Below, in pieces: positions 24,845 to 37,500 of a stretch of 64,000 nucleotides of DNA. Positions within the stretch are counted from its first letter, which is position 1. The number at the start of each line of letters is the position of its first letter. A program made the position numbers and the translations under genes. Origin of the DNA: Mobula hypostoma (Eukaryota); assembly GCF_963921235.1 (NCBI RefSeq), contig NC_086097.1, forward strand, positions 187,118,001 to 187,182,000, given 5' to 3'. The notes beneath the pieces were generated by a model that made no database searches, was not told the DNA's origin, and saw nothing but the letters and a program-made list of their open reading frames with translations.

Positions 24845-25270
24845 AACTCAAGCGTCCTAGACAACCTCGACTCCCTGCAATTTGACTGTTCCAAACAGGT
24901 CCACAGTGGATGCCATCCTCCTGGCCCTACACGCACCTCTGGAGCATCTGGATAGTAAAAACACTTCCTTGGATTATTACTTAGTATGGTATTGAAGCTC
25001 TACCTTCAATACCATACTATAATTCCAAATAAACATCTCCAAGCTCCTACACAGCACCTCCAGTGCAAGACTCATATAGCCATTCACCTGTGGGCACAGG
25101 ATAGGCAAAATGATTGCAAACCTGAAGAGCTGGTGCAGGGAGCAGAGGGTCTTGGATCATGGGGATCTCTTCTGGGTAGATGGGTTGCACTTGAACCAGA
25201 GGGGGACCAAGATCACAGTGGGGAAAATTGCTTTTGCTGCCAGGGAGCGCTCAAATGAGATGGTGGGGAA
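24845..25270 (+). mobile_element. Adjacent Rex1 RT fragment and CR1 ORF1 (esterase) fragment
   Basis: LDSLQFD..NRSTVDAILLALHAPLEHLD, then DHGDLFWVDGLHLNQRGT. Confidence 0.65.
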
Positions 25271-26389
25271 TATGGGGAGGTGGGACTCAAGAGAGCAAAG
25301 TCACTGAGATGATAAGGGTAGGTGCAGCAACCAAAGTGTGTAGGCCCAACAATCAGGATAGTCATGTTTATGGTAAAAGGTAAACACTTTAACTTTATCT
25401 CTAAAGTGGACATTCTCCTTCAATTACAATTTCTCTCCTTTTGCTTCTGGGATGGTATATAATTTGCAATTCTGAAGGGATGATTCAGGATTTAAAACAA
25501 CCTTCCAGATAAAATAAGTAACGGAGTCATACAGCACCCTTTAGCCCACAGTCTCCCTGAGAGCCATCAAATACTTATCTATATTGTCCTAATGCCATTT
25601 GTCAGCAGTCAGCCTGCAGCCTTCTAAGCTATGCATTTCAAGTGCTCATTTAAATACTAGTTAAAAAGTTATATGAGTACCTGCCTCCACTAGCCCCTCG
25701 GGTCTTCAAATGTGTGTTGTTTATGAGGCATTATATGAAAAAAATCTTCATGTGCGATCATGCATAGTAAAGTGAGTTTCTGTTTCATATGGTAGATACA
25801 GGACTAATCCCTTGCAATTTGCTGATACAATCAACACTAGTGCACTGCGTTAGTCTTCGTAGCATGAAAGTTTCAACTTTCAAGTCAGCCTGGTAAAATC
25901 ACTGTCAAATTTTTTTCTTGATGGTCATTTTAAACATGATGGCTTGTATTACAATGTAATAATTAATCACTGATTTAATAATAAGGTGTGCTTTATATTT
26001 TAATCAGTCGTGAGTCCATTATTGCACCACTAAACATTTCAAAAGCTTCATTACAATTAAATTAGCAAGTTAGAATAAAATTAAGTATTGCTATTTACCA
26101 TCTGTCAGATATCTTCACTGATTGAAAAATTAATTCAAAATGAGGCAACACAAAAGACCAGAATGAAAACAAGCAGTATTCCAAAATTAAACACAAGATA
26201 GAATAATATTTAAAAGGCTCTTTGCTTGATCTTTAAGTAGCTCCTTTGCTCTCATGATAGCATAAAACCAATTGAATCATTTGTTGCATACAGAATAGCA
26301 GATGGCTGGGAGTTGCACATACTCATGGAGTGACAAAATGTAAAATCTAACAATGCATATCTATTTTGAATATATCCCCAGGTCCTTGC

Positions 26390-26712
26390 AGTACCATTTA
26401 TATAGAGCAGCATGGAAATTGGCCTTTTGACCCATCCAGTCCACACTACCATCGAGCATCCATTTCAATGATAAACCTACCCTAACCTGTTTTGTTCTCT
26501 CCCAAATTTTACCACATATCCACCCACATACAAGAAGTGATTTGGAAGTAAAGGAACTTGGCAACCTGCACATTTTTGGGATGTGGCAGGAAACTTGAGC
26601 ACCTGGAGAAAAACTAACATTGCAACAGAGCGAACATGCAAACTTCACACAGACAGGATAGAACCTGGGTCCCTGGAGCTGTGAGCTAGCGGCCCTATCA
26701 GATGTGCTACTG
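26390..26712 (-). mobile_element. V-SINE
   Basis: V-domain reverse complement at ~26570-26650 plus tRNA-like head. Confidence 0.7.
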
Positions 26713-26874
26713 TATAGACCATCTTGAAAATCAAAAATACATGCAGATACTTGAAATATGAAATAAGAGCAGTAAACGGCGGAAGCATTCAGCAGTTCTG
26801 GAGGCCAGGAAGTATCTGTAAAAAGGAAACCGAACTAACCAGTTGTGTTGAAGAATACCAGACCTTAAACATTA

Positions 26875-27386
26875 AGCAACACACATCAAAGTTGCTGGTG
26901 AATGCAGCAGGCCAGGCAGCATCTCTAGGAAGAGGTACAGTCGATGTTTCAGGCCGAGACCCTTCATCAGGACTCAAAGAGATAGCAGGAGATTTGAAAG
27001 TGAGGGGGGAAGGGGAGGGGGAGATCTGAAATGATAGGAGGAGACAGGAGGGGGAGGGATAGAGCTAAGAGCTGGAAAGTTGATTGGCAAAAGGGAGCTT
27101 TCCATAGGAAGAAGCACAGTATCCCTTGTATACCTTTTGCCAATCAACTTTCCAGCTCTTAACTCTATCCCTCCCCCTCCTGTCTTCTCCTGTCATTTCA
27201 GATCTCCCCCTCCCCTCTCACTTTCAAATCTCTTACTATCTCTTCTTTCAGTTAGTCCTGACGAAGGGTCTCGGCCTGAAACATCAGCTGTGCTTCTTCC
27301 TATGGATGCTGTCTGGCCTGCTGTGTTCCACCAGCATTTTGTGTGTGTTGCTTGAATTTCCAGCATCTGCAGATTTCCTCATGTTT
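26875..27386. mobile_element. Inverted pair of Penelope 3' repeats (~220-bp arms)
   Basis: 26875-27093 is reverse-complementary to ~27133-27353; hammerhead cores at 26938-26974 (-) and 27254-27290 (+). Confidence 0.9.
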
Positions 27387-27480
27387 TAAATGATTAGGTT
27401 TGGTTGGTGAGTTATCTGCAAATGTAAAGGGAAGGATTTTCAACAAATGTGAAAGGGTTAACCAGGCGCTGTATTAGATA

Positions 27481-28028
27481 CACTCAGTGCAGTACAGCAA
27501 AAATTAATCACTCACCTGACAAATTTGACATACCAAATTTCTCTTTCTCTCTCTCCTTAATAAAGGGGTTGAGAGGTGTCACTTAGTAAGAGGGGAGACA
27601 TAAACAAGACAACTCGCTGATCTGCGTTGATAAAATCTGCCGTGTTGCTTTTTTTGAGTTTTTGTCACCTTCCTGTCAGCTTGAACCAGTCCGGATATTC
27701 TTCTCTGACCTCTCTTAATTACAAGGCATTTTCACCCACAGAAGTGCTGTTTACTGGATGTTGTTTTTGCGTTTTTTTTGCACCATTATCTGTAAATTCT
27801 AGAGACTGTTGTATGTGAAAATCCTCGGAGATCAGCTGTTTCTGAAAATACTCAAGCGCACTAATAATCATTCCATGGTCAAAGTCACTTAGATCATATT
27901 TCTTCCCCAACCAAACCTCTTGACCATGTCTGCATACTTTTATACATTGGGTTCCTGCCAGACGACTGGCTGGTTATTTCCATCAACAAGCAGGTGACTG
28001 GTGTACCTAATAAAGTGGCCACTGAGTG
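27481..28028 (-). mobile_element. Tc1/mariner deletion derivative
   Basis: TA|CACTCAGTG ... CACTGAGTG|TA; minus-strand MGKKYDLSDFDHGMII matches a Tc1 transposase N-terminus. Confidence 0.8.
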
Positions 28029-28145
28029 TATTTCACAGCTCCAGATTTCATTCCAAATTTATTTGTGACTCAAGTTGTTGGGTATGTGTTTTCCATGGAT
28101 TCTAAAAACAAAATGATTGCAGATGTGAATTCAAATATACATAAA

Positions 28146-31100
28146 ACTCAAGGGTAGTAATCCTGGGATTACTGCCTGTGCCATGTGACAGTGGGGATAG
28201 GAATAGAATGAGGTGGCAGATAAATGAGAAGCTGATAAGTTGGAGCAGGGGGTAAGGATTCAGATTTCCGGAGAAGTGGGATCTCTTCTGGGGCAGAGTG
28301 GACCTGTACAAAAGAGACGGGTTGCATTTGAATCCAAGGGGGACCAATATTCTTGCAGGCAGATTTACTAGAGCTGTTGGGAGTGGTTTAAACGAATATG
28401 GCAGGGGCATAGGAGCCAGAATAATAGAGCTGAGCAGGTTTACAAGTAGATGATGGGTGTAACATGAATGTAAGGAAGGACAAGCCAATGACTGGGTACA
28501 AATGCAAACAGAGCCAAGAGTTAAATTGTACCACAGAGGCAAAATTCAAAAGAGCAAAGGTGCTGTATTTAAATGTGCATAGCATTTGGAATAAGATGGA
28601 TGAACTTGTGGTGCAATTAGAGATTGATTGGTATGACATTGCAGGCATCACTGACTCATGGCTGAATGAAGGTCAAAATTGGGAGATTAACATCAAAGGA
28701 TATACTTTGTATCTAAGGACAGGCAGAAAGGCATAGGCGGTGGTGTGACTCTGTTGGTAAGGGATAGAATTACATCTTTAGAAATAGGTGACATGGGGTC
28801 AGAGAATGTTGAATCTTTGTGGGTGGAGTTAAGAAATTGCAAGGATTAAAAAACCATCATAGGAATCATATAAAGGCCTCCAAATAGTAGCCAAAATGTG
28901 GGGTTGACATTGCAAAGAGAGCTGGAAAGGGCATGTAATAAGTGTAATGACACAATTGTAATGGGGGACATCAATATGCAAGGGAATTGGGAAAATCAGG
29001 TTGGTGATGGACCGCAAGAGAGAGAATTTGTCGAGTGCCTATGAGATGGCTTTTTAGAACAACTTGTTCTTGAGCCTACTCGAGGAAAGGCTATCTTCGA
29101 TTGGGTATTGTGAAATAACCCAGAGCTTATTAGGGAGCTTAACATAAAGGAAACTGTAATATGATTAAATTCATACTGCAATTTAAGAGGGAAAAGCACA
29201 AGTCAGATGTATCAGTATCACAATAGAATAAAGGGAATTACAGAGGCATGAGAGAGGAGCTTGCCTAGCTGGATTGGAGGACAATACTGGCAGGGAATAA
29301 GGCAGAGCAGAAATGGCTGAAGTTTCTGAAAATAGTTCACAAGGCACAGGATAGACATGTCTCACAAAGGAAAAAGTTCTCAAATGGCAGGCGTAGGCAA
29401 CTGTGGCTGACAAAGGAAGTTAAGTAAGGACTGTATAAATGCCAAGGAAAGGGCATATAAGATAGCAAAAGTGAGTGGGAAATTAGATGATTAGGAAGCT
29501 TTTTAAATCCAACAAAAGGCAGCTAAAAAGCTATAAGAAGAGAAAAGTTGAAAAATGAGAGCAGATTAGCCAATAATATAAAGTAGGATACCAAAAGCTT
29601 TTCTCAGTTATATAAGGAGTAAAAAGGAAGTGAGAGTTGATATTGGACCACTGGAAAATGATGGTGGTGAGGTAGTAATAGGGTCAAAGAAATGGCTGAT
29701 GAACATAATGGGTACTTTGTATCTGTCGTCACTGTGGAAGACGCAAGCGGTGTACCAGAAGTCCAGGGAGTGTCAGGGAGCAGCAGTGACTGCCATTGCT
29801 ATTACAAATGAAAAAGTACTAGGCAAACTCAAAGGTCTTAATGTGGATAAGTCACCTGGACCAGATGGACTACATCCCAGAGTCCTGAGAGAGGTTGCTG
29901 AAGAGATAACGATGCAACTTTCAAGAATGATTTGATTCTGCCATGGTCCCAGGAACTGAAAGATTGCAAATGTACTCCGCACTTTAAGAAGGGAGGAAGG
30001 CAAAAGAATGGAAATTATAGGCCAGTTAGTCTAACCTCAGTGGTTGGGAAAGTGTTGGAGTCTATTATTAAGGATGAGGTTTCAAGGTATTTGGAGACTA
30101 ATGACAAAATAAATCAAAGTCAGCATGGTTTCTATCAAGGGAAATCTTGTCTGACAAATCTGTTAGAGTTCTTCGAGGAAGTAACAAGCAAGGTGGACAA
30201 AGGAGAGGCAGTGGATGTCACTTACTTGGATTTTTAGAAGGCATTTGATAAGGTGCCACACATGAGGCTGCTTAACAAAATAAAATCCTATGGCATTACA
30301 GGAAGGATACTGGCTTGGATAGAGGAATGGCTGACAGGCAGGAGGCAGTGAATGAGAATAAAGGGGGCCTTTTCTGTTTGGCTGCCGGTAATTAGTGGTG
30401 TTCCTCAGTATTGGGACTGCTGCTTTTCACATTGCTTGTTAATGATTTAGATAATGGAATTGATGGCTTTGTGGAAATGTTTGCAGATGACACGAAGATA
30501 GGTGTAGTGGTAGGTAGTGTTGAGGAAATAATGCAATTGGAAGAATGGGCAAAGAAGTGGCAGATGAAATACAGTGTTCAGAAATATATAATCATGGATT
30601 TTGGTAAAAGGAACAATAGTGTGGACCATTATATAAATAGGGAGAAGGTTCAAATATCGGAGGTGCTGAGGGACTTGGGAGTCCTCATGCAAGCCTCCAA
30701 TAAAGTTGATTTACGGGTTGAGTCTGTGGTAAAGAAGGCAAGTGCAATCTTGGCATTTATTTCAAGGGGAGCAAAATATAAAAGAAGGAAATTATGCTGA
30801 ACCTTAATAAGACACTAGTCAGGGAACACTTACAGTATTATCAACAGTTTTGGACCCCATATCTCAGAAAGGATGTGTTGTCATTGGAGACAGTCTAGCA
30901 GAGGTTCACGAGGATGATAATGGGAATGAAAGGGTTAACATATGAGGAGCATTTTGCAGCCTTGAGCCAGTACTCACTGGAATTTAGAAGAATGCGGGGG
31001 ATCTCATTGAAACCTACAGAATGTTGAACGGACTAGATAGGGTGAATGTGGAGAGGATGTTTCCTATAGTGGGGGTATCTAAAACTAGAGGGCACAGACT

Positions 31101-31385
31101 CAAAATTGAGGGGCGACCCTTTAGAACAGAAGTAAAGGGGAACTTTTTTAGCTAGAGAGTAGTAAATCTGTGGAATGCTCTGCCACAAACTGTTGTGGAG
31201 GCCAAGTCATGGGTATATTTAAGGCGCAAATTGACAGTTTCCTCATCGGTCAGGGCATCAAAGGATATGGCACAAAGGTGTTGGGGTTGAATGGGATCTG
31301 GGATCAGCCATGATGGAAAGGCAGAGCAGACTCGATGGGCTGAATGGCCTAATTCCACTCCTATGTCCTATGGTCTTATGGTCTA
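28146..31385 (+). mobile_element. 3.2-kb CR1 LINE (ORF1 esterase C-terminus, ORF2 APE endonuclease and RT), inactive
   Basis: YKRDGLHLNPRG, KVLYLNVHSIWNKMDEL, KSPGPDGLHPRVL, NYRPVSLTSVVGK, KAFDKVPH, FADDTK; many stops; tail TCCTATGGTCTTATGGTCT. Confidence 0.95.
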
Positions 31386-31984
31386 AGGTTAAAACAAGGA
31401 ATGTCCTCATGATCCAAGGGTACCTCACAGAGTGCCTCTCTGAAATTGTCTGTAAATTGTCAGAGAACAAATTATCACATGACACATTGGTGGAACTACC
31501 ACTGCTGAAGAGCATTAATTATTGTTCAGAACTGATATTACAACAACTGCACAGTCATATAGAAAACTGCCTCAACAACAAAATTGATGAAGTGTGAAGG
31601 TAGCAGGTTAATATGTAAGCGTGGACTACTGATCTGACCCAGCATCTCCATTGGTAACCAGCCTCCCCTTTATGGACTCTGAATCTATCTATACTTCTCA
31701 TTGCCTCAGTAAAACAGGCAGCAAGAACAAAGACTCCCACAAAACCAGACATTTAATCTTTATTTTGTATAAGATACAAAAGACTGATAGCTCCTACCAC
31801 CAGGTTCAAGCACAGATTCTACACTGCAGTTATTAGATTTGTGACTGGTACCCTAGTACACTCAGATAGTCTCTTGCACCTTACACCTCGGCTCTTGAGG
31901 AATGCTGTTTCATTTAGCTGTATAAATATGTATGGTTGAATGACTTGAACTTGATCTCTTAACATCTGAACCTACCTTGTTCTG

Positions 31985-33659
31985 AATTTGTCCACTTTGA
32001 AAGGGAGAATACAACTACAGCTGTGAAGATCCCTGCTGCACCTGATGACTCTGTGATGTCCGTCTCAGAGGCCGATGTTAGGCTGTCTTTAAAGAAGGTG
32101 AACCCTCGCAAGGCAGAAAGTCCCAATGGGGTACCTGGCCAGGCTCTGCAAACCTGTGTCAACCAACTAGTGGGAGTATTCGAGGACATTTTCAACCTCT
32201 CATTGCTATGGGCAGAAGTTCCCACTTACTTCAAAAAGGTAACAATTTTACCAGTGCCTAAGAAGAATAATGTGGGCTGCCTTAATGACTATTGCCTGGT
32301 AGCACTCACATCAACAGTGATGAAATGCATTGAGTGGTCATGACTAAACTGAACTCCTGCCTCAGCAAGGACCTGGACCCATTACAATTTGCCTATTGCC
32401 ACAATAGGTCAATGGCAGATGCAATCTCAATGGCTCTCCACACGGCTTTAGACCACCTGAACAACAACACCACCTATGTCAGGATGCTGGTCATCAACTA
32501 TAGCTCAAAATTTAATACCATCATTCCCACAGTCCTGATTGAGAAATTGCAGAACCTGGGCCTCTGTACCTGCCTCTGCAATTGGATCCTCAACTTCCTA
32601 ACTGGAAGATCACAATCTGTGCGGATTGGTGATAACATATCCTTCAAGCTGACGATCAACACTGGCGCACCTCAGGGGTATGTGCTTAGCCCACTGCTCT
32701 ACTCTCTATATACACATGACTGTGTGGCTAGGCATAGCTCAAATACCATCTATAAATATGCTGATGATACAACCATTGTTGGTTGAAACACAGGTGGTGA
32801 CGAGAGGGTGTAGAAGAGTGAGATATGCCAACTAGTGGAATGGTGTCACAGCAACAACCTGGCACTCAACATCAGAAAGTCGAAAGAGCTGATTGTGGAC
32901 TTCAGGAAGGGTAAGACAAAGGAACACATGGCAGTCGTCATAGAGGGATCAGAAGTGAAGAGAGTGAGTAGCTTCAAGTTCCTGGGTGTCAAGATCTCTG
33001 AAGGTCTAACCTGGTTCCAATAAAGAAGGTAAGACAGCAGCTATACTTTATTAGGAGTTTGAAGAGATTTGATATGTCAACAAATGCACTCATAATCTTC
33101 TATATTTGTCCCATGGAGAGCATTCTGACAGGCTGCATCACTGTCTGGTATGGAGGGGCAACTGCACAGGAGTGAAAGAAGCTGCAGAAGGTTGTAAATC
33201 TAGTCAGCTCCATCTTGGGTACGAGCCTACAAAGCACCCAGGACACCCTCAGGGAGTGGTATCTCAGAAAGGCAGCATCCATTATTAAGGACCTCCAGCA
33301 CCCAGGGCATGCCCTTTTCAGATTGTTACCATCAGGTAGGAGATACAGAAGCCTGAAGGCACACACTGAGCGATTCAGGAACAGCTTCTTCTGCTCTGCC
33401 ATCCGATTCCTAAATGGACATTGAAGCTTTGGACACTGCCTCTCTTTTTTTAAAATATACAGTATTTCTGTTTTTGCATGTTTTTATATCTATTCAATAT
33501 ACATCATTGATTTACTTGTTTATTGATTATTATTATTATTTTGATTTTATATTTCTTTCTTCCCTCTGCTAGAAAATGTATTGCATTGAACTGCTGCTGC
33601 TAAGTAAACAAATTTCACATCACATGCCGGTGATAATAAATCTGATTCTGATTCTGATC
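31985..33659 (+). mobile_element. Rex1/Babar-clade LINE, 5'-truncated; same family as 2399-4487
   Basis: ORFs 32023-33424 with [20 protein letters not shown] and YADD; AATAAA(TCTGAT)n tail. Confidence 0.93.
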
Positions 33660-33849
33660 ATCTACCTGCATTGCATTTTCTTTGGAGATGTTATGTTTTA
33701 TTCTGTATTGGTACTGTTTTACTTGTACTACTTCAATGCGCAGAGCATTGAGTGGATCAGTTTGAACAGTATGTAAGATAAGCTTTTCATTGTACATCAT
33801 TATATGTGACATTAATATACCAGTTCTAATTCCAATTCTAGTTTACTCA

Positions 33850-34160
33850 CAGCAATGGTTATTGCTCCTTACTGTTTCTCGGTTCTGCCCAATTCTTTTT
33901 TGATTATCTGTTCTAAGAATCATCTTCATTACTATCCTTATCATATTATTTAATATCAGGCCTATCTCTCCTTTTCAAATTTGGCACCCTCTTTCAAAGT
34001 TTATGTGTCCAGAATATTTATATCAAATGCTTGGTCACGTTGCAACTTCATCTCAGTAATGGATTTTAGATTGCCCCCATTTATTTTTATTTGCACCATT
34101 AATTCATCTATGTTGTTTTGAGTGCTGCATGCATTCAGATAAAGAGCCTTAAATTTTGTC
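33850..34160 (-). mobile_element. CR1 endonuclease fragment
   Basis: KALYLNACSTQNNIDEL...ITE. Confidence 0.7.
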
Positions 34161-34275
34161 CGTTTATCATTTTTCTTTGCCTTGACTCTTACATTTGTAC
34201 GCATCATTCCTTTCCAATAGAATCTAGTTCTCATTTCTATTTTGCTATTCTTCATTATCACTTTGTCATTCTCCT

Positions 34276-35369
34276 TCTATATACTACTAAAACTCTCATG
34301 CTGCGTCTGTCTGTTTGTGACCTCCAATTAGCGCAAACGGTGCATTACAGCAGCACTTTTTTTGGCTAAATCGAATTAAAATGCGCTAACTTACAGAATG
34401 CAGGCAAAGTTCAGAGTTATATATTCGTATAAACTTGCTCATTTGCCAAAATAAACAGGCTCCCTTTTAACCGGAGACCCGATCGGCCGTCATGGAAATC
34501 GGGTCGCGACAGGCCGACGCATCTGCACGGCCCGTCTTAGCAGCGACGCCTACCGGAGCAAAAGGGCAGGGCAGCTCTATTTCGCGGGGTCACATTCTGC
34601 TAATCACCACCATCAGCATGTGCAGGTTGGGACAGATCTAACTGCCACCTATCAATAAGAGATAATTAAGTCTTATTATAATAACATACTTCGAGACACT
34701 CATAAAGCCCTTTGCTGCAGTCAAAGGACAGCGGTGACTATATCACATCCATTTAGGAGAGCGCCAACCACATCATCAAGAATAATCAGCATCCTTTGGT
34801 GTTACTGCTTCGTATCTTCTATCCAGCATCAGGGTAAAAAAAATAGTCAGCCTAATTATGCCGCGTGGAAAGGGAAGGGGAACATTATGGTCAAGAGATG
34901 ATGCCAAACGTTGTCGGGAAGCAACAAGGAGAGGGAGAGAACAAGAATCGGATGAGGCCAGGGCCGCATGACTCCAGGATCAAAGAGTCAGGACAAAAAA
35001 AGATGAGAGAAGAAGAGACAGAGGAGGAGAGGCATGCACGTCTCCAGGATCAGAGACAACAACAAACAACAGAAGAGATGAAGAGACGGGGGATGAAAGG
35101 ACTGCACGTCTCCAGAATGACAACGAGAGGCACAAGGGTGGCAGATAAACCAGAAATAATGCCATCAAAAGTGTTCTTCGTTAAATGAGGAGCAGCTATA
35201 TTTGCTTTGCTATGTATCATGCTTCTTTAATAAATTGAGGTTTTCTACTTCAGTTTCCAAAGCAAAGCGATACCAATAGCATTCAGGAAAATTTAATGTT
35301 CATTCTGGTCACATCAGACTGCCTACCCTTCTCTCAAAGGGTGCCCCAATGGGTCACCCCGTTGTCTAG
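34276..35369 (+). mobile_element. Non-autonomous Helitron (~1.1 kb)
   Basis: 5' TCTATATACTACTAAAAC; 3' GC-rich hairpin GGGTGCCC-CAAT-GGGTCACCC (35339-35359) then CTAG|T; no TSD; broken ORF from ATG 34858 with ETEEERHARL-type repeats. Confidence 0.85.
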
Positions 35370-36431
35370 TAACTTTCTAAGTTTCACCCCAACAGAATTC
35401 CATTGCCCCACATTCCATGCCCTCAGTTTAAAGCTACAGTACATCTGCAGCTCTAGTAATTTAATTCATCGCCAGCCTGATTCAAGTGGAATCTATCCCA
35501 ATGGAACAGCTCCTTCTTTTCCATTTCTGTTGCCAGTGAACCATCAATTGATACTTATTTATCCCAGAGCCATCTTCAAAATGTACATTCGGGTATCAGA
35601 TCTTATTTACCCAAAGACAATGGAAGCATGGCTCAGAAATTAAAGCACAGAATACCTATAATTTTACTTTTTAACTTACAGCTTAGTTGCACATATTCTT
35701 ATCGTGGAAACCTTTTCTCCATCCTATCTCTGTTATTGCTTCCCAAATTAAGCACAAAACTTGGATCTTTCTCTAAGTTCTATTCCAGGTCCCAGAAGAT
35801 GTCCTCAACCCTGGCATTGGGCAGGCAACACAAATTTATGGACACATGCCTGCAGCTGCAGAGAACAACAACATTTATCTGTACCAAGCACCTGCCGCCT
35901 GTTTTCTCATCTGCACCACAGTCTGCCCTCATCCACATAGGCAACAAATGCCTTTTGTCTGTTGGATAAGTGCAGGACCTGATGCTTCTCCTATAGCTAC
36001 CTTCTGATCTCCATATTGCAGTCAATTTTGGAATCAATCTTCCTGTCTCTCTTGACTGACCAATTCTACAGTAGATATTCTAGCAGGCATGACATACTCA
36101 TAGAATAAAAAAAAGGTTCAAAGGTTCATTTATTATCAAAGTAAGCATGCAGTATGCAACTCTGAGATTAAGTATCCGGGATAACTTTCCTTCTCCCAAA
36201 TACATCACAGCATCTGCATCTCAGAGTCTAGCTCATCAACTCTGAATAGCAGTTCCTTGAGCTGTCTGCGCTTCCTCTATAATTGCATATTCTGGATCCG
36301 AATAGTCCATACCGAATCCCAGGTAAAATAAATCAGTTACTTGCAATGCTTGTTGTAAAGTGATTTATTTACTTTAATTAACATCTAATTTTATCACCTT
36401 CATCTTAACAAACTCAACATTCTATGGACAA

Positions 36432-36644
36432 ACAAGAGCTGCTGGAATTCTGAGCAACGCACAACAAAATGCTGGAGGAACTCCACAGGCCAGGCAGCAT
36501 CTATGGAAAAGAATACAGTCGACGTTTCAGGCTGAAACCCTGTGGCAGTTCTGCCGAACGGTCTTGGCCCAAAATGTCAACTGTACTCTTTTCCATAGAT
36601 GCGGCCTGGCCTGCTGAGCTCCTCCAGCATTTTGTGTGTGTTAC
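36432..36644. mobile_element. 213-bp fold-back Penelope-tail insertion with 11-bp TSD
   Basis: TCTATGGACAA at 36421-36431 and 36645-36655; inverted arms around ~36540. Confidence 0.85.
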
Positions 36645-36854
36645 TCTATGGACAATGTACTCAGAAGGTCTTTTTTAGCTCACAGGCTTATTTTCCCAGG
36701 TATATCTACTTAGAAATCACCTGATATAAGTCTTTAAAGTCATTCAGTATTGTCTCTGTGCCAGCCATAAAGTAAATGTTTTCTCTAGTTCTACTTAACT
36801 TAACTTTACTCTCCAAACATTCCAATCAGTACCCCCCCAATCACCTACTCAATA

Positions 36855-37015
36855 GGGCCAATTAATCCACCAACTCACATGCCTTGTGAAGGGGGAGGAA
36901 ACTGAAACACCTGGAGGAAACCCATTCTATCAAAGGGAGAAAGTCAGAACAAGAGTTAGGATTGAATTGAAATCACTGGAGCTGTGAAGCAACATCTCTA
37001 CTAATTGTATCATAG
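36855..37015 (-). mobile_element. Degenerate V-SINE
   Basis: GGAAACTGAAACACCTGGAGGAAACCCA (V-domain reverse complement). Confidence 0.6.
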
Positions 37016-37134
37016 TTCCACCCTATTTCTGTAAACTTGATCCGGATCTTTAGCAGTAAGGTAAGCAGTTCTAGCTTGTTACCTAATTAAAGGCTCTGTC
37101 AAATTTTTTATATCATTATTAAATAAAACTGCCA

Positions 37135-37500
37135 AGTAGTTAGCATGACGCTGTTACAGCTCGGGGCTTTGGAGTTTGGAGTTCAATTACTGTGCCATCT
37201 GTAAGGAGTTTGTACATTCTCCCTGTGACACATGTGTTCCCTCCAGGTACTCCAGTTTTCTTCCACAGCCCAAACAGGTACTGGCTAGTAGGTTACATGG
37301 TCATTGCAAATTGTCCTGTGGTAAGGCAGGGGTTAAGTATGTGGGTTGCTGGGTGGTGTGGCTTGTTGGACCATTGCACATTTGGATGGAGATGTAACGT
37401 AAAGAGTTTTATTCCTCATATATGTGAAGGATGTAAGAAATAAAGTCAATTAAATTAATTTCAGGGGCCTGTTGTATGCTGTATCTCTAAATAAATAATT
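37135..37500 (+). mobile_element. V-SINE with nested Rex1-type tail (~37372-37460)
   Basis: GGAGTTTGTACATTCTCCCTGTGAC... V-domain; the nested piece matches 18620-18710. Confidence 0.75.

Noticed and set aside
28146..31385. Active autonomous LINE or domesticated RT gene
   Set aside because: 5'-truncated, with numerous in-frame stops and frameshifts.
34865..35188. Charged 107-aa ORF as a host coiled-coil gene exon
   Set aside because: Enclosed by Helitron termini and interrupted by stops and frameshifts.
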